From positions 55,489,188 through 55,553,187 of the forward strand of contig NC_068995.1 in assembly GCF_001194135.2 (NCBI RefSeq): a DNA stretch of 64,000 nucleotides, in the 5' to 3' direction. Shown here piece after piece: positions 26,717 through 40,626 of this stretch. The notes beneath the pieces are model-generated. The model had not been told where the DNA came from and did no database searches. It saw only the letters and a list, made by a program, of their open reading frames with translations. Numbering within the stretch: position 1 is the first letter of the stretch; each line of letters starts with the position of its first letter. This stretch comes from Octopus bimaculoides. Its lineage: Eukaryota. The translations under genes were made by a program, and so were the position numbers.

Positions 26717-27559
26717 CGTGTGCGTGTGAGTGCGTAGGAGAAAGACAGAGACAGGGAAATGTGGATACGTTGTGGATCGCATTGTCTGAGGATAAGTTAA
26801 GCAAAAGTGACGGGGACGATACACTTTTTTGGTTTAAAGCAACTGAAAATACTTTCGCACTTGGCACAGTGGTGGCCCAGGTGAATGGTAAAGACATAGA
26901 TTTGGAGGTGGTTTACCATGTGTGTGTGTGTGTGCAGTGACATAGGAACGTACAGGAAGTGGTAATGCCATGCAGTTAACAACAATGACAGATTTGACGA
27001 AGGGATCACTGTTCACAAGACCATCAAGGTTGAGAACTGAAGTAAAGAGAATTCCACAAAGTTGGTGAACATCCTTTTAGACTATCATCGATTATAGTTT
27101 TGGCATCGAGGGGTTTTGAAGGATATACACTATATGATGATTTCCTTCGCAATTAGGGTGTTGCTTTCGCGAGAGCTATAATGCTGAATAAACGCTACTC
27201 TGAAGTGATGGGCAATTTTCTCTAGACGTTCTACGCTTTGGGGCTTTCGACTGAACTGCTGCACTACCGTTATTATTGAATCACTTGAGAGACTTTAGGC
27301 ATTCAGTTTGTGCTGGGTGTTATACGGAGGAACATTAACACGACGGTTTCTGCCTGTAGGGTCAGAATTGAAATACAAACATTGCCAGCGTTTATTCGCA
27401 TTGAACTGGCAGGCATCTGATCGATATTGCCGTAATGTACACAATATTTTTTCTTAGACCCTAGGGAATCATAAGGCTCGTTGCCCAGGTTTCTGTAGCA
27501 TATAACTAAGAATTGGATCACAACATTCCCTTAAACAGAGCGCCAGTCTGTAACTAGCA

Positions 27560-27747
27560 ATTTTGGAACAAGGAGACAAACCGATCACATCGACCCCAGT
27601 ATCTGACTGGTATTTCATTTTACCAATCCAGAAAGGATAAATGGCAAAACTGACCTCAGTGGAATTTGAAACTCACAAGGTTAAGAGCTGGAAGAAATGG
27701 CGCTAAGCACTTTATCCGACGCACCAATGATTCTGCCAGCTCGCTGC
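27560..27747 (-). mobile_element. SINE family B
   Basis: atcgaccccagt..actggta..gaaaggataaatggcaaa..gacctcagtggaatttgaa..gattctgccagctcgctgc. Confidence 0.8.
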
Positions 27748-29627
27748 ACCATGCATATTATTGCCAGATTAGAAATGCTTTGATGGTCTTAAACTTTTAT
27801 GGATCAGAATTTAATGCGTTTTCCCCTTATCCTCACTTTGTAATTTAACTAAACAATGAAAATTCCAGATGTTAGGTTATTTGCTTGACGTAATAAAACA
27901 GCTTTTATTGGAAGCAGAAGGATTCCTAATTTCTCGGGTGAATGTAATTAAAATTTCGAATTCCGAGTGCAAAATACAGTATTCTTTCCCCATATTAATC
28001 CATGACCTTCCCCTCATTAGTCGATTTCACAGGAATCTATAGAAGCAGCCTCGTTATTCTAAACTATTCAAGCGTGAAAGACGTTATCGCAATGCCTGAT
28101 TAGTACTTAGACGACATTTCCAAACGCTCACCAACCTCATTAAGACTCTCTTTTAATTTCATTGTTCTGACAGATTCAAGTTTTCAGTACTAATTGACCT
28201 AAAGAATGAGAAAATAATGATTGGAATCTCTTTAATTAATACTGCCGGAGATTTTTCATTTCAACCCCATGAACTTACCCCATTAATCTGGTAGGCTCAA
28301 AACAAATTTTCGCTTTCTAATCCCTAGTGAAATTTATCTTTTTTATCAAATACTTCATTTTATAAACTCAAATAATTTCAAATTAGATTACAAATGTACT
28401 TAATTTTGTTATTTTATCAGCAATTCCAAGATAGAAATCAACAATGATATGTGAGTGAATATCTAAAATAGTCCAACGAAAAATAATCTCCGAATCATTG
28501 AAAATATGTGACGTACTCTCAATACAAAAGTGGAACCATTTTAGTTTACTTTGGTGAATATTTTTGTTATATAAACTTACCATATAAACACGAACACAGG
28601 GGTAAACATGGATATAAAGTTTTTAAAAACTTCCCTTTGAAATTACGAGGTTTTGCGTTCAATCCCATTATACGAAAGTTTGATGTGTCTTGCACACCAG
28701 CCTCATTTTAATAGAAGCCTTTCGATTGGAAGTCTTTGATAGAAACTATCTAGGAACCCGTAAGAATGCAAGTACTTGTTCTTAGTCTCCCTCTTTCTCA
28801 CTTTGTTTAACATTATCCTCGGTCCTTAGGTGCATTTAGTGGGATCTATTTACTGATAAACACTAGGCTGACAAAGTTCAATTCTAAAAATCTACAGGAA
28901 GTGATATAAACCCACCTACATTATTAATTAAAGTCGAAAGGCATTCTCGGCATTGCTTGACCATGTAAAGCCTTCAATTTTTAATCTTTACAACATCCGT
29001 CTGGGGAGTGTGATCCTTGGAAAGAGATTGAGAACACTCTAGCAATGGAAGGAGAGAAACGGTTCCTAAAATGACTTCAGTATTAATTATAAGCGGAAGT
29101 TGAGGCAATGACAGTGAACAAGAGGTAAACTGTTCATACATATCCGTCTCACTTCATTTACGTTGCTGCAAGCTGTACGCCGATTAGAGGGGAAAATGCT
29201 ATTTTAGAATATACTCCAGAGAATCTGGAAAACGATCGAAAGCACTGCACATCCACCTCAGTATGACTTAAGATAAGGATTCTTATTACTTCCTCTTTAA
29301 ATACTGCGCATCTTTGTCTTCTCTAAAGAACTGTTGATTTTCCGAAGATATAAGCGTAAATGTTTGCTAGTAACATAACCTAAAGGCTGAAACTGGAAAT
29401 AATTAAAAATACATTTTCATCGTAGTTTGTTTTCGTTTGAAAGGCAGTCTTTAAATTATGACAGAGTACGGTAGTACCTTTGCTCACATTTCGCTTACAA
29501 CATTTGCCAGTTCAGTTTCAAATCATTTACATACCTCGTAAATTAAATGACAATGCTATAAAAAGTTACAGCACCGTTTGTTGGCAGATTTGGGATGTTC
29601 AGCTCTCGTAAGAAGAGAAATACTTAC

Positions 29628-29794
29628 CTTAAACTAATAAATATGTAAAAGACAACCAACCCGAAACGTGATATTGTAGACAACCACTTTAAATAAAGCA
29701 ACCGGTATTCATAACTTTCCTTATACTCAGCAACAAATGAATGTATATCGGAAGGAATGATCGATTTTTCGAAATGTCCAGCAAAGGATAAAAG
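29628..29794 (-). CDS. Candidate internal exon of an unidentified gene (167 nt, phase 0 to 2)
   Basis: Acceptor ttaattcag and consensus donor AAG|gtaagt; open frame LLSFAGHFEKSIIPSDIHSFVAEYKESYEYRLLYLKWLSTISRFGLVVFYIFISL. No homolog recognised. Confidence 0.22.
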
Positions 29795-30357
29795 CTGAAT
29801 TAACAGCAGTATATGCGAATATAGAAGAACACACAGATGCATGATGCCTAGTTGCAAAGAAACCAAACACACATACATATACAGAGATTCATACATAACA
29901 TCCGTAACGAAAAGGTAGTGCGTTTATGAGCGGCAGACAAAGACATGCACATTTGCATCCATTCGTATCCAAACGAACCCTATACTTCCATATAAACATA
30001 CAAAGCGCACATACACATATCTCCATATAACCCACCCTTTTTGCATATAATATATACCTATATACATGTATATATATATATNNNNNNNNNNNNNNNNNNN
30101 NNNNNNNNNNNNNNNNNNNNNNNNNNNNNNNNNNNNNNNNNNNNNNNNNNNNNNNNNNNNNNNNNNNNNNNNNNNNNNNNNNNNNNNNNNNNNNNNNNNN
30201 NNNNNNNNNNNNNNNNNNNNNNNNNNNNNNNNNNNNNNNNNNNNNNNNNNNNNNNNNNNNNNNNNNNNNNNNNNNNNNNNNNNNNNNNNNNNNNNNNNNN
30301 NNNNNNNNNNNNNNNNNNNNNNNNNNNNNNNNNNNNNNNNNNNNNNNNNNNNNNNNN

Positions 30358-30399
<42 letters not shown>

Positions 30400-30988
30400 A
30401 GAGAAAGACAGAGACAGATAGTCTACAAGGACCTCCTTCTCTCTCTCTCTTTCTGTGGATATGTGTTTATGTATGCGTGTGTATTGCATGTGTGTTCATG
30501 TATGTGCATACAACAATGCTGGTGCCGTTTATTTGTCGGCCATTCGTGTTCACTGAGTGCATTCATCCTATGAAGGCCGTCAAGGGTTATAAATCCGTTG
30601 GGAGTAACAGTCAAACTTCGACTGAATCTTTCAGTTACCATAGCTGAAGCAGTTACCGTTCTTACAGCGCGTAATTACTATGTCTAAGCAATCGCCATGT
30701 CGTTGTTTGACATTTAAAGTAAATCACATTGAAATAACTCTAGAGCGAAGTATTTAAACATAGCTACCACCATTCAGTCCTAAGTTTAAAATCTAAAACT
30801 CAAATCCCAAGCATTAAATACACTATAAATCTCGTTTTCTCCCCCATCACACACACTGTTCCATTTTTGTATATGCCTACATAGCTATATTTTACTCTCT
30901 CTCTCCTTCTCTCTTTCCACATACACATGCACACACACACACAAACAGATATACACACACATTCATACATATATATACATATGAGCAC

Positions 30989-31032
<44 letters not shown>

Positions 31033-31295
31033 ACACACACACACACACACAATCTTCTTGTTCCTTAATCTCGTCATCATTCATTCTTGTGTCTATTTTT
31101 ACCTATCTTCCAACGCGCCCATCTATAAATTTCTCTCTCCATATCTCTCCCTAATTCTTTCTCTCCCTCACTCCTCCCCCTCCCTCTCTCTCTTTCTATC
31201 TCTCTTCACAGACGCTCATATACACATAAGCATAGGGGAAAGGAGAAACAGAATTATAGATTACCAAGCTGGCTAGCGAGATGGAAGGATGGATG

Positions 31296-31340
<45 letters not shown>

Positions 31341-31549
31341 GATGAGATAAGATGAGATAAATTAAAATAGTAAGACAGATATGTCTTCCTGTCTTTCCGT
31401 TAATCTTCCCTATACGCTGTTCCGAAAGCTTTACACGCATCGGCAGGCATACACGTATACTAAAATATATAGGTGGGTTCTCATACACATCTGCGCAGAC
31501 AGTTCCATATATATTGAATGCGGTTGTCACTTCCTACTCGTTCGCAACT

Positions 31550-31626
31550 TTAGACATATCTATTCATGTACACAAAGTTATATACACAAAGTTAGACATA
31601 TCTATTCATGTACACAAAGTTATATA
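31550..31626. repeat. Tandem duplication with 42-bp period
   Basis: ttagacatatctattcatgtacacaaagttatata occurs exactly at 31550-31584 and 31592-31626. Confidence 0.95.
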
Positions 31627-31719
31627 TATTTACACGTGAATATNNNNNNNNNNNNNNNNNNNNNNNNNNNNNNNNNNNNNNNNNNNNNNNNNNNNAGTAG
31701 TAGTAGCAGCGGCAGCAGC

Positions 31720-31809
<90 letters not shown>

Positions 31810-32469
31810 TTTTTTTAAATTATATTTGAATCTGGTATTGTAAAGATGCTTTTGCTTCTCCACTGAAAACATGTTTTATTCAAGCATTTCCAGGTGACAT
31901 TTTCTTTGGAGTACTTTCAGAAAGAACTGTAATTTCCCAAGAAAGAAATTTGGCTTCGACAGCCAAGAGTAGACAACGAGAGATGGTTTATAAACTGTAA
32001 AAAGAAATATATTTAGACATTATATTTTCACATAAATACTAATACCCCGCAACGAACACTACAACGGCTAACAAAAACAACTTGATATCAAAACGTATGA
32101 TAATGGAGTGAACAGCACATTGAATAAATAACAGACGAAAATGGCCGAGATACCGAAAGAAAAATATTGGGAAACAGAGGCGGCAGTTAACAACAAAATA
32201 GCGGCTGCTATGTCTACACGGGTCCATTTACTGTGTGAACGCAAACCTTTTTTCAATAAAAAATGAGCAGGTGGCATTTTAAATCTATTACAGTTACAAT
32301 GCAGAGGCTACAATCGGCTCTACTCTTAGAAGTCTGGAACAAAGAATTTCACGCCGGATTTAAATGTAGACACCTTGTGAATCTTTCAAAGGAAGGAAAT
32401 GTCAACAAACGCCTACATTTATATAATTTTTATATTTTTTTCTCCTTGTTTCTTATGTGTTACTTTCAG

Positions 32470-32596
32470 TTGAGGAGCGTAGCTCGAAAGGTGAAAGACT
32501 TTCTCTATTCCCGAGCGTTATACTAATACATCCATTTGTTGTTTACATCACCTGTCTTCGTCTGTTGTTTTTTTTTCGTAAATTCTCCCATATATA
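32470..32596 (+). repeat. Unclassified interspersed repeat, copy 2
   Basis: Same orientation as, and similar to, 5946-6070. Confidence 0.75.
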
Positions 32597-33350
32597 NNNN
32601 NNNNNNNNNNNNNNNNNNNNNNNNNNNNNNNNNNNNNNNNNNNNNNNNNNNNNNNNNNNNNNNNNNNNNNNNNNNNNNNNNNNNNNNNNNNNNNNNNNNN
32701 NNNNNNNNNNNNNNNNNNNNNNNNNNNNNNNNNNNNNNNNNNNNNNNNNNNNNNNNNNNNNNNNNNNTATATATATGGAGAGAGAGAGAGAGAGAGAGAG
32801 AGAATTAAAATTTGTTTCTAGAAAAGAAAAAATATCAGGTTGTTGTTGTTGAGCATATTATTGTGATCATTATAGTAGGCTTCTGTTGAAGATCCTTTTC
32901 ATCATGACTTGATCGTTACCCGGCAGCATAGCAACGGATACGACTAGTTGTAAAATTATTCCTTCATTAATTTCAGAAATCATTCTCGGACAACAGTATG
33001 CATAGCATATTCTAATATGTAAAATCTTATGCACTGACCTGAGAATGTCAAATAGACCTTAACGCATCTCTAGAAGTGTTCCTAATGTGAAAAGATCAGC
33101 TTGCCCTTTCTCTACGCATGTAAATTAGATCATGAAATATATCCTTGATTTGTTGAAATTATACTCTCTTGTCATTGCAGTCACTGACAATTATCGTCCA
33201 GTTAGAAAGAAATTTCATTAAATCATAAACTGATTGCGAACGGCACTCAATATCTTACCCTTCAATTTACATTATCCAATTTCATTGCCACCAGTTACTT
33301 TGGCGTATTTACCTTCGCTCTTTTCAATTACACACACACACACACGCACG

Positions 33351-33456
<106 letters not shown>

Positions 33457-33610
33457 GGAATATATATAATTGAAAAGATATTTACACTCACACACACATT
33501 TATACATTCATACATAAACACATATGCATACAAACATACATACATGTATACACATACACACACACATACACACACACACACACATACACACACACACACA
33601 CACATACACA

Positions 33611-33677
<67 letters not shown>

Positions 33678-33697
33678 ATGTGTGTGTGTATGTGTGT

Positions 33698-33741
<44 letters not shown>

Positions 33742-34041
33742 ATTTATTTAATATGATAAGAATGATAATTAGTGACAGAAGCAGTATCGATAGCAAAAGA
33801 TAATATTTATCTCCACTTGAAAGTGAACGTTATATTAGAAGACTGAATACTGCGGTGGTTACCAAGAAAGAACCGTTCATATTGGCTTTCGGTGTGTAAA
33901 AACACTCTTGTTTATATCGCCAGCGGGTAGATAAATCACCCACTATCACCATCGCCGAGACCACAGAATCACGTGATTTCAGCCTTCCCTGGCTTTGTCG
34001 ACAGCGGATGCTCGGACGCCAACTGCCGAGCCAGATAAGTT

Positions 34042-34482
34042 TTGTTCTCTTTTCTGGCTTTTAACTTCGATTGTGGTTTCCCCATGTCTTACTATGACTC
34101 TAGAAGCTTTTAATAAACTTTCTTCACTACTACCTACATAGGAGTCTATATCTACTCTAGCTAACTCCGCACAGCCTTCTACTGATATTAACTCTTTTCC
34201 ACCTTTCTTTCTCGGTAAGTATAATCTTGCTACACCTGTCCTTGGGTGGAGTCCTCCATTCATATTGAACTCCTTCCTAGTTCTTCTGTCTAGCTTCGCT
34301 AATTCAGTTTTTATCCCATCTACTAAAGCTGCTGAGTATTTAAGTCATGATATTGCCCAAGTATTTACTGCCTTCACTAGATTCGGACCATTTACCTTTG
34401 ACTTCATTACCTTCCTCACCCTTCTCGTGGACTCCTCAGTTTTCGTTTTCATTTCTATGGTTAGTACATTGTCAGATTCCAA
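34042..34482 (-). mobile_element. R4/Dong-like non-LTR retrotransposon fragment (RT thumb region)
   Basis: A single minus frame with one stop: LESDNVLTIEMKTKTEESTRRVRKVMKSKVNGPNLVKAVNTWAIS*LKYSAALVDGIKTELAKLDRRTRKEFNMNGGLHPRTGVARLYLPRKKGGKELISVEGC. The LHPR..RLYLPRKxGGRGL motif is typical of RLE-type LINEs. Confidence 0.88.
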
Positions 34483-34582
34483 TTATTGCTATTGTTGTTG
34501 TTGTAGATGTTGATGCTGTTGTTAATAATAATAATAATAATAATAATAACAATAATAATAATAACAATAATAATAATGATGA

Positions 34583-35062
34583 TAATGGTGACTTGCGGTA
34601 CTTTCTTATTCAATCAAACCAGAAGCCAGCAAATAATGACCAGACATAACAATAACAGAAAGAGACAAGCGAAGCTGGTCACTAATTGATCTATTTTGTC
34701 CGTTTGATTCCAAGATCGTTTTAAAAAGAGGACGGAAAAGGAAATACAATTCCTTAAATTTTAAAATAGCAAGAATTTGGAGTAGGAAAACTATAAAGGT
34801 TTTGCCTAAAGTCGCTGGTGCATTGGGAACTGTGAGTAAAGATGTAGACAAATGGTTGAAGGAGATTGGAATTGAACGTCCCGTGCAGCTTCCACAGAAA
34901 GTTTGCCTCTTTGGGACATGAAAGATTATCAGGCGAGTTCTAAGCACTTGAAAGACTATTGAAAGCGAGTGGTTACCTAAGGTGACAGGTAGTAAACCGC
35001 TACTCATATAAGATTTTCCAGTAATAAGACCGAACCGGAGTCACATCAATAATAATAATAAT
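34583..35062 (+). mobile_element. R4/Dong-like LINE 3' end (restriction-like endonuclease, 3'UTR, (AAT)n tail)
   Basis: Frameshifted reading PDITITERDKRSWSLIDLFCPFDSKI...IARIWSRKTIKVLPKVAGALGTVSKDVDKWLKEIGIERPVQLPQKVCLFGT*KIIRRVLST*, with the stop at 34949-34951. About 95 nt of UTR follows, then aataataataataat at 35048-35062. The left flank is also (AAT)n (34524-34581). Confidence 0.88.
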
Positions 35063-35471
35063 GATCACAAACCTCATCTTTGGCGTCACCGCAACGTTTT
35101 CTTGTCGACCCCATCGCCTTATTCATCGACTTTCTCACCCACTTTTATTGAAATTTATATTTACATTCCGACGCAAGGTCTTATTCAAGGAATTCTTTGT
35201 TGTTGGATTTCTTAAACGCAATAATTTGTTTGGATTATAGAATTGAAGTCTGCATAGCAGCACCAGCTAATATTAAACTGCTTAGTGAAGAGAATGGCAG
35301 AAAGATTTTCCAGACAATGAACGTTATGTTTATTCAGTTTTCGTTTGTAGAACAAAAAGAGTAATTGTTGTATAAGAATATGCCGCAAGGGAACCGCTAT
35401 GCTAATTACTCTCAGTTATTTATTGAACACACATACTCTTTAATGCGCCATATATACATACATGAGTGTAT

Positions 35472-35472
<1 letters not shown>

Positions 35473-35539
<67 letters not shown>

Positions 35540-35544
35540 GTAGG

Positions 35545-35578
<34 letters not shown>
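35473..35578. repeat. (GATA)n microsatellite
   Basis: About 26 units with one GGTA interruption block. Confidence 0.97.
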
Positions 35579-36600
35579 TAAACATATACGTACATACATA
35601 ACTGTGTATGTATATATACATACATGTTGTATATGTGTGTGTGTATGTGTGTGTGCGCGCGCGTGTGTGTCAATATAATTTCTATGCCGTGTTTGATGAA
35701 CAAATTGTTGCCAAGCTTGCAGCAGTTAAGAATTTCTATAGACGTGGTTAGATTCATAAAGAGAACTAGGAATTCACAAAAGAAAGCAGAGACANNNNNN
35801 NNNNNNNNNNNNNNNNNNNNNNNNNNNNNNNNNNNNNNNNNNNNNNNNNNNNNNNNNNNNNNNNNNNNNNNNNNNNNNNNNNNNNNNNNNNNNNNNNNNN
35901 NNNNNNNNNNNNNNNNNNNNNNNNNNNNNNNNNNNNNNNNNNNNNNNNNNNNNNNNNNNNNNNNNNNNNNNNNNNNNNNNNNNNNNNNNNNNNNNNNNNN
36001 NNNNNNNNNNNNNNNNNNNNNNNNNNNNNNNNNNNNNNNNNNNNNNNNNNNNNNNNNNNNNNNNNNNNNNNNNNNNNNNNNNNNNNNNNNNNNNNNNNNN
36101 NNNNNNNNNNNNNNNNNNNNNNNNNNNNNNNNNNNNNNNNNNNNNNNNNNNNNNNNNNNNNNNNNNNNNNNTATATATATATATATCCATGTTTATGGAT
36201 ATAAACATCTTTATATATATAATGTTTTTTTAATTGAAAAATTGTTATTAATATTTATTCTAAATATACCTATGTTTATTTTCATTATTTGAAATTACAT
36301 TTCTAATATTGTTGTTATTGTATGTGTTATTGTATGTGCTATTATATTTGTTGTGCTATTATAATGCCGGTTAAAATGTTAGACGATCGGATGAGATTCC
36401 CTGTGGCTTCTAATCGATTATCGCTACAAACTTATATCAAACATCAACGAAACAACCTTTTCTTTTCATACTCTCCGAGTCTTTATATACGTACCAGTCA
36501 TGTCCGAGGGTGGATTTAATCGACTCAACACTCGACTAGATTCATGTTCATTTTATAATCGCATTCAGATGCCTGAAGTCGTCATTATCATACATACGTA

Positions 36601-36812
36601 AGGCGGCGAGCTGGCAGAAGCGTTAGCACGCCGGGCAATATGCTGAGCGGCATTTTGTCCGTCTTTATGTTCTGAGTTCAAATTCCGCCGAGGTTGACTT
36701 TGCCTTTCATCCTTTCGGGGTCGATAAATTAAGTACCAAGGAAGTCCTGGAGTCGATGTAACCGACTTTATCACTCCTCCAAAATTTCAGGCCTTGTGCC
36801 TAGTGTAGAAAG
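36601..36812 (+). mobile_element. SINE family B, full length
   Basis: ggcggcgagctggcagaagcgttagc (A-box-like); gagttcaaattccgccgaggttgactttgcctttcatcctttcggggtcgataaa (B-box plus body); tail ccttgtgcctagtgtagaaag. Confidence 0.9.
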
Positions 36813-36893
36813 GGTTATTGCCATACGTGAGTGTAGTTTGTATTTCAGTAAATTTCTACTAATATACGTTATTAAATCCGTTTTGAGGTTCTA

Positions 36894-37018
36894 GGATAAG
36901 GCTGGCGGTTTTGGGGGAGTGGTATAGTCGATTACTTCGACGCTAGTGCTTGACTGGCACTTGTTTTATCGATCTTCTAAAGATGACGGCAAAGTCGACC
37001 TCGGGGGAATTTGAACTG
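36894..37018 (-). mobile_element. SINE family B, 5'-truncated
   Basis: Reverse complement reads gttcaaattcccccgaggtcgactttgccgtcatc..atcgataaaacaagtgccagtcaagcactagcgtcgaagtaatcgacta. Confidence 0.8.
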
Positions 37019-37069
37019 ACATCTAAGTGAAAATATCGATAGTTACATATGTATCCCCCCACACACATA

Positions 37070-37129
<60 letters not shown>

Positions 37130-39736
37130 CATATATGTATGTACACACGCATGTAAGTATGTACGTATATATTTGTATGTATGTCACATGTACAAACTTA
37201 TGTACCACATACACAGACATATATTTACAAAAATACACATACACACACATTCACATGCCCTTCTTGTCTTACTGCATACGTTCGCGTTAAAGTCAAGGAA
37301 TAAGGGAACAAAGCCAAAACGAAAACATGCTTGGTGTTACCATTGAGAACCAATGCTTGCTTGGAATTCTAAGTATATTTTCGACTCACAACTGTTCCGA
37401 TCTAGTCTTGCCAGTGAGGAATATTTATGCCTCAGAGAAAATATTGATATTAACAAGCAAGAGTAAGCAACACTTAAAAAAAAAACGAAAGCGTTTTGGC
37501 ATGAAGCCTTTATGGCTGTGTACATCTTCCCATACTTTCAATAAAAGGGATCCTGAAAGGAAGATGTTAGATAATCATGGAGGAAGTCGTGATCGTTTGC
37601 AATCAACAGCAGCTAGGAGTAAAGGTTTCTTTTCGAAATATATTTACTTACAGGAAGAATCTGTTTTGTTTTCTTTTTATTGAGTTCTTAGCTTAGATCG
37701 CTTACAGAAACAAGGATACTTTCTTTTACATTATTTTGTTTTGCTGTGTTGCATTTGTTATTGTTGTTTCTGGTTGTTATTTTTTACTTATTCATTTATT
37801 TATTTTTGCTCGAAACCTTTCTTTCTGATATTTTGTTTTATTGAACAAATTCTTTGTTCTTTACTGCTTAAAGTAAGATGAAAGCAAGGATCCTGATATC
37901 ATTTATTGTGTTGGAGGTAAGATGAGGGACGTGGGAGTATCTCCGTCCTCTGAAGTCACCTGACTAATTATCTCCTCTCCCATTATCAGTAACAGAAGAG
38001 TGGCGGTTATACTTAACGCAAATGATAGGAAAACAACAAACAAACACAGAAGCTGCTAAATATAACTGAATCCAAAGCACCCACTTCTACTACACTTTTA
38101 AAAAAATATAACTCCCGTTAGTATTGTTTCTAGTTCAACATTATTCGTATTCGTTTCTTATAACAAAATTTGCTAGATTCTAAGTTCTTTATTAGAAAAA
38201 ATGTAAAGTAGAAAGTTTAGAAAATGCAGTTCTTTTGAATGTTTTAGATGTATTTCTCTTTCATCTTTTCTTCCTGTAGATACGTCTACACGATTTCAGT
38301 TATCACGGAGAAGTTGATATAGAGAATGTCACGATATAGATCTTACACGGAGGGCCAATCTCACAGACTTTGTAACAATAGGGAATCCATCTTGATTTCG
38401 CATTACTTTACAGTTCTTAGGTGTGGATCAATTTTCGAATAGGAAGATGAAAGGTCACAAGTTGATATTCATTCCAGGTGTTTCGTTAGTTAGCTGAACA
38501 AGACAATCCGTATTCCAATTTATCTTGACAATAGTACTGGTTTCTGTAGATTTTCTTTTTCATTCCTGTCTGTGTGTATACATACGTGTTTATGTACATG
38601 TGTATGTGTATGTGTGTGCGTGAGTGTGTGTGTGAAGTCTAGTAGAAGTTATTTCCTATCTAGAAGTTATTTATTTAATAATATTGATTTTCCCCATTGG
38701 CATAGAGCCGCAAATTAATGGTGGAAAATCTACAGTCGATTGAATCCACTGAAATGCATTTAATCCTACTAAATCTAAAGATAAGCATTAGCCTTATGGT
38801 CGCTTGTATGTAATATAAATTAATGGATGGATATCATGAAATGAATTATATATGTAATGCAATTTCATTTTTATCTACGATGTGAAAATTATGGTTTGTA
38901 GAGAGCTGAGTAAATAATATAGCAGATAACGAATGAAATGTTTGGGTGATTCACATCCTATTACCATCACTTTTCTATGTTTGTGGACAAGAGACATAAT
39001 TCTCAAATTATCCACTTTATCCCTGTACGAAGTATTGAAGATGGTGGAGGGGATAAGTGTGCGCTGTAGTCAACGGTTGCATTGTAAGTTCCTCTGGGGT
39101 GTTTTGGTAGCTTAAAGTGTTGAGTTCGGCGGCCCGAGAACGAGTCTTAGAGAAGGATGCGAAATAAATGGACGAAGAAACTCACATTTATAGATGCCTA
39201 AGATTTTAAATATTTCTTCTATCAAGAAGTGATTTCCCTACGAGACATCTTGGACAAGTGTCTCCAGCTAACGTCCAGCACTACTTTATAAGGTGTCACA
39301 CCACAGTTTCAGCTTAAGAAATATGTTAGAGTTACATAAGTGTGGAATACATGTTAATTTGATAAGTTGGACATAGACTTCATCTTCAAAATTGAAAGAA
39401 AATCCATTATTTATGGATTATTTATCAAACTACAAATCCAGTCTAACTGTTCGTGGTATAAACATTATTTCCAGCAGGTGATTCACGCCTTCGCTACTCA
39501 GAGTTTCTTGTTTGATGTTATCCTTCAGACAACAACAGACGTTTTTTCTTTGTGGCTTTTCGAGCGATCAATACTATTATGCAGAGCAGCGTTGTGTGTC
39601 ACCAGCTTTGTACATGCAAATATACTCCACAACATGTACGGTGTCCTCTCTCTCTGTTACTTTTCCCTCCCTGTTTCTGTCTCTGTATTTTGTTAAACAA
39701 AATAATGTGCGTGTATGTGCCTGTATGTCTGAATAT

Positions 39737-39767
<31 letters not shown>

Positions 39768-40626
39768 CGTGTGTGTGTCTGTGTGTCTCCATGCATACAT
39801 GTGTATATATATGTGTATATATGCATATAGGGGTAGGTGAACTGGAATACATGTATGAATTGAATGTGTCTGCGCATAGAGAGTAGTGAAATGCAAATGA
39901 GAGTAAATTCAAAGTAAAATGCTCCAGACTTGAGCCGAATATCATTACCGTTTGATATTTTTATCAAAACTATTCTAAACATTTCGATTGATGTTTCCAA
40001 AAGGAATTAGAATAGAATTAATTTTTCTTTTGTCTTTGTAGTTCCTTGTTTCGGCTGGGTTTTTTTTTTGTCTTTATTTCATACACACGCCCATGTGCAC
40101 ACATACACACACACACACATGTATGCGTATGTACGCATGCGTGCATGCATGTATGTATGTATGTATGTAATATCCATTGCATTATATTTTGTTGTCTTGT
40201 TTTGTTTTGTTTTGTTGCTTTGAACTTTCTATTTCCAACAATCTTTCTTATTTTTCCCTCAATGGCTTAAAGCAAAGCCTCCTCCACACTTCGTCTTACA
40301 CTGTGACATCGGTACCACAACCGTTCTTTCTAATTATTAGATATTGCCATTTAAAAGACTTGCCGCATAGGAAACCAGACATCAAACTTGCCACGATTGA
40401 AACCACAAAAGACTTCTTCTGTTTGTTCTTATTGTTCTTATTATTATTATTGTTGGCAGTGATCGTGGCGCTGATGGTGATGGTGATAACGATGGTGGTG
40501 ATGGTAGCGGTGGTGGTGGTGGTTGTGGTGGTGGTGATGGTGATGGTGGTGGTGGTGGTGGCGGCGGCGGCGGCGGCGGCGGTGTTGGTGGTGGTGGTGG
40601 TGGTGGTGGTAGTGGTGATGTTCGTT

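Noticed and set aside
33979-34263. 94-aa ORF as a host gene
   Set aside because: It is part of the R4/Dong-like LINE fragment.
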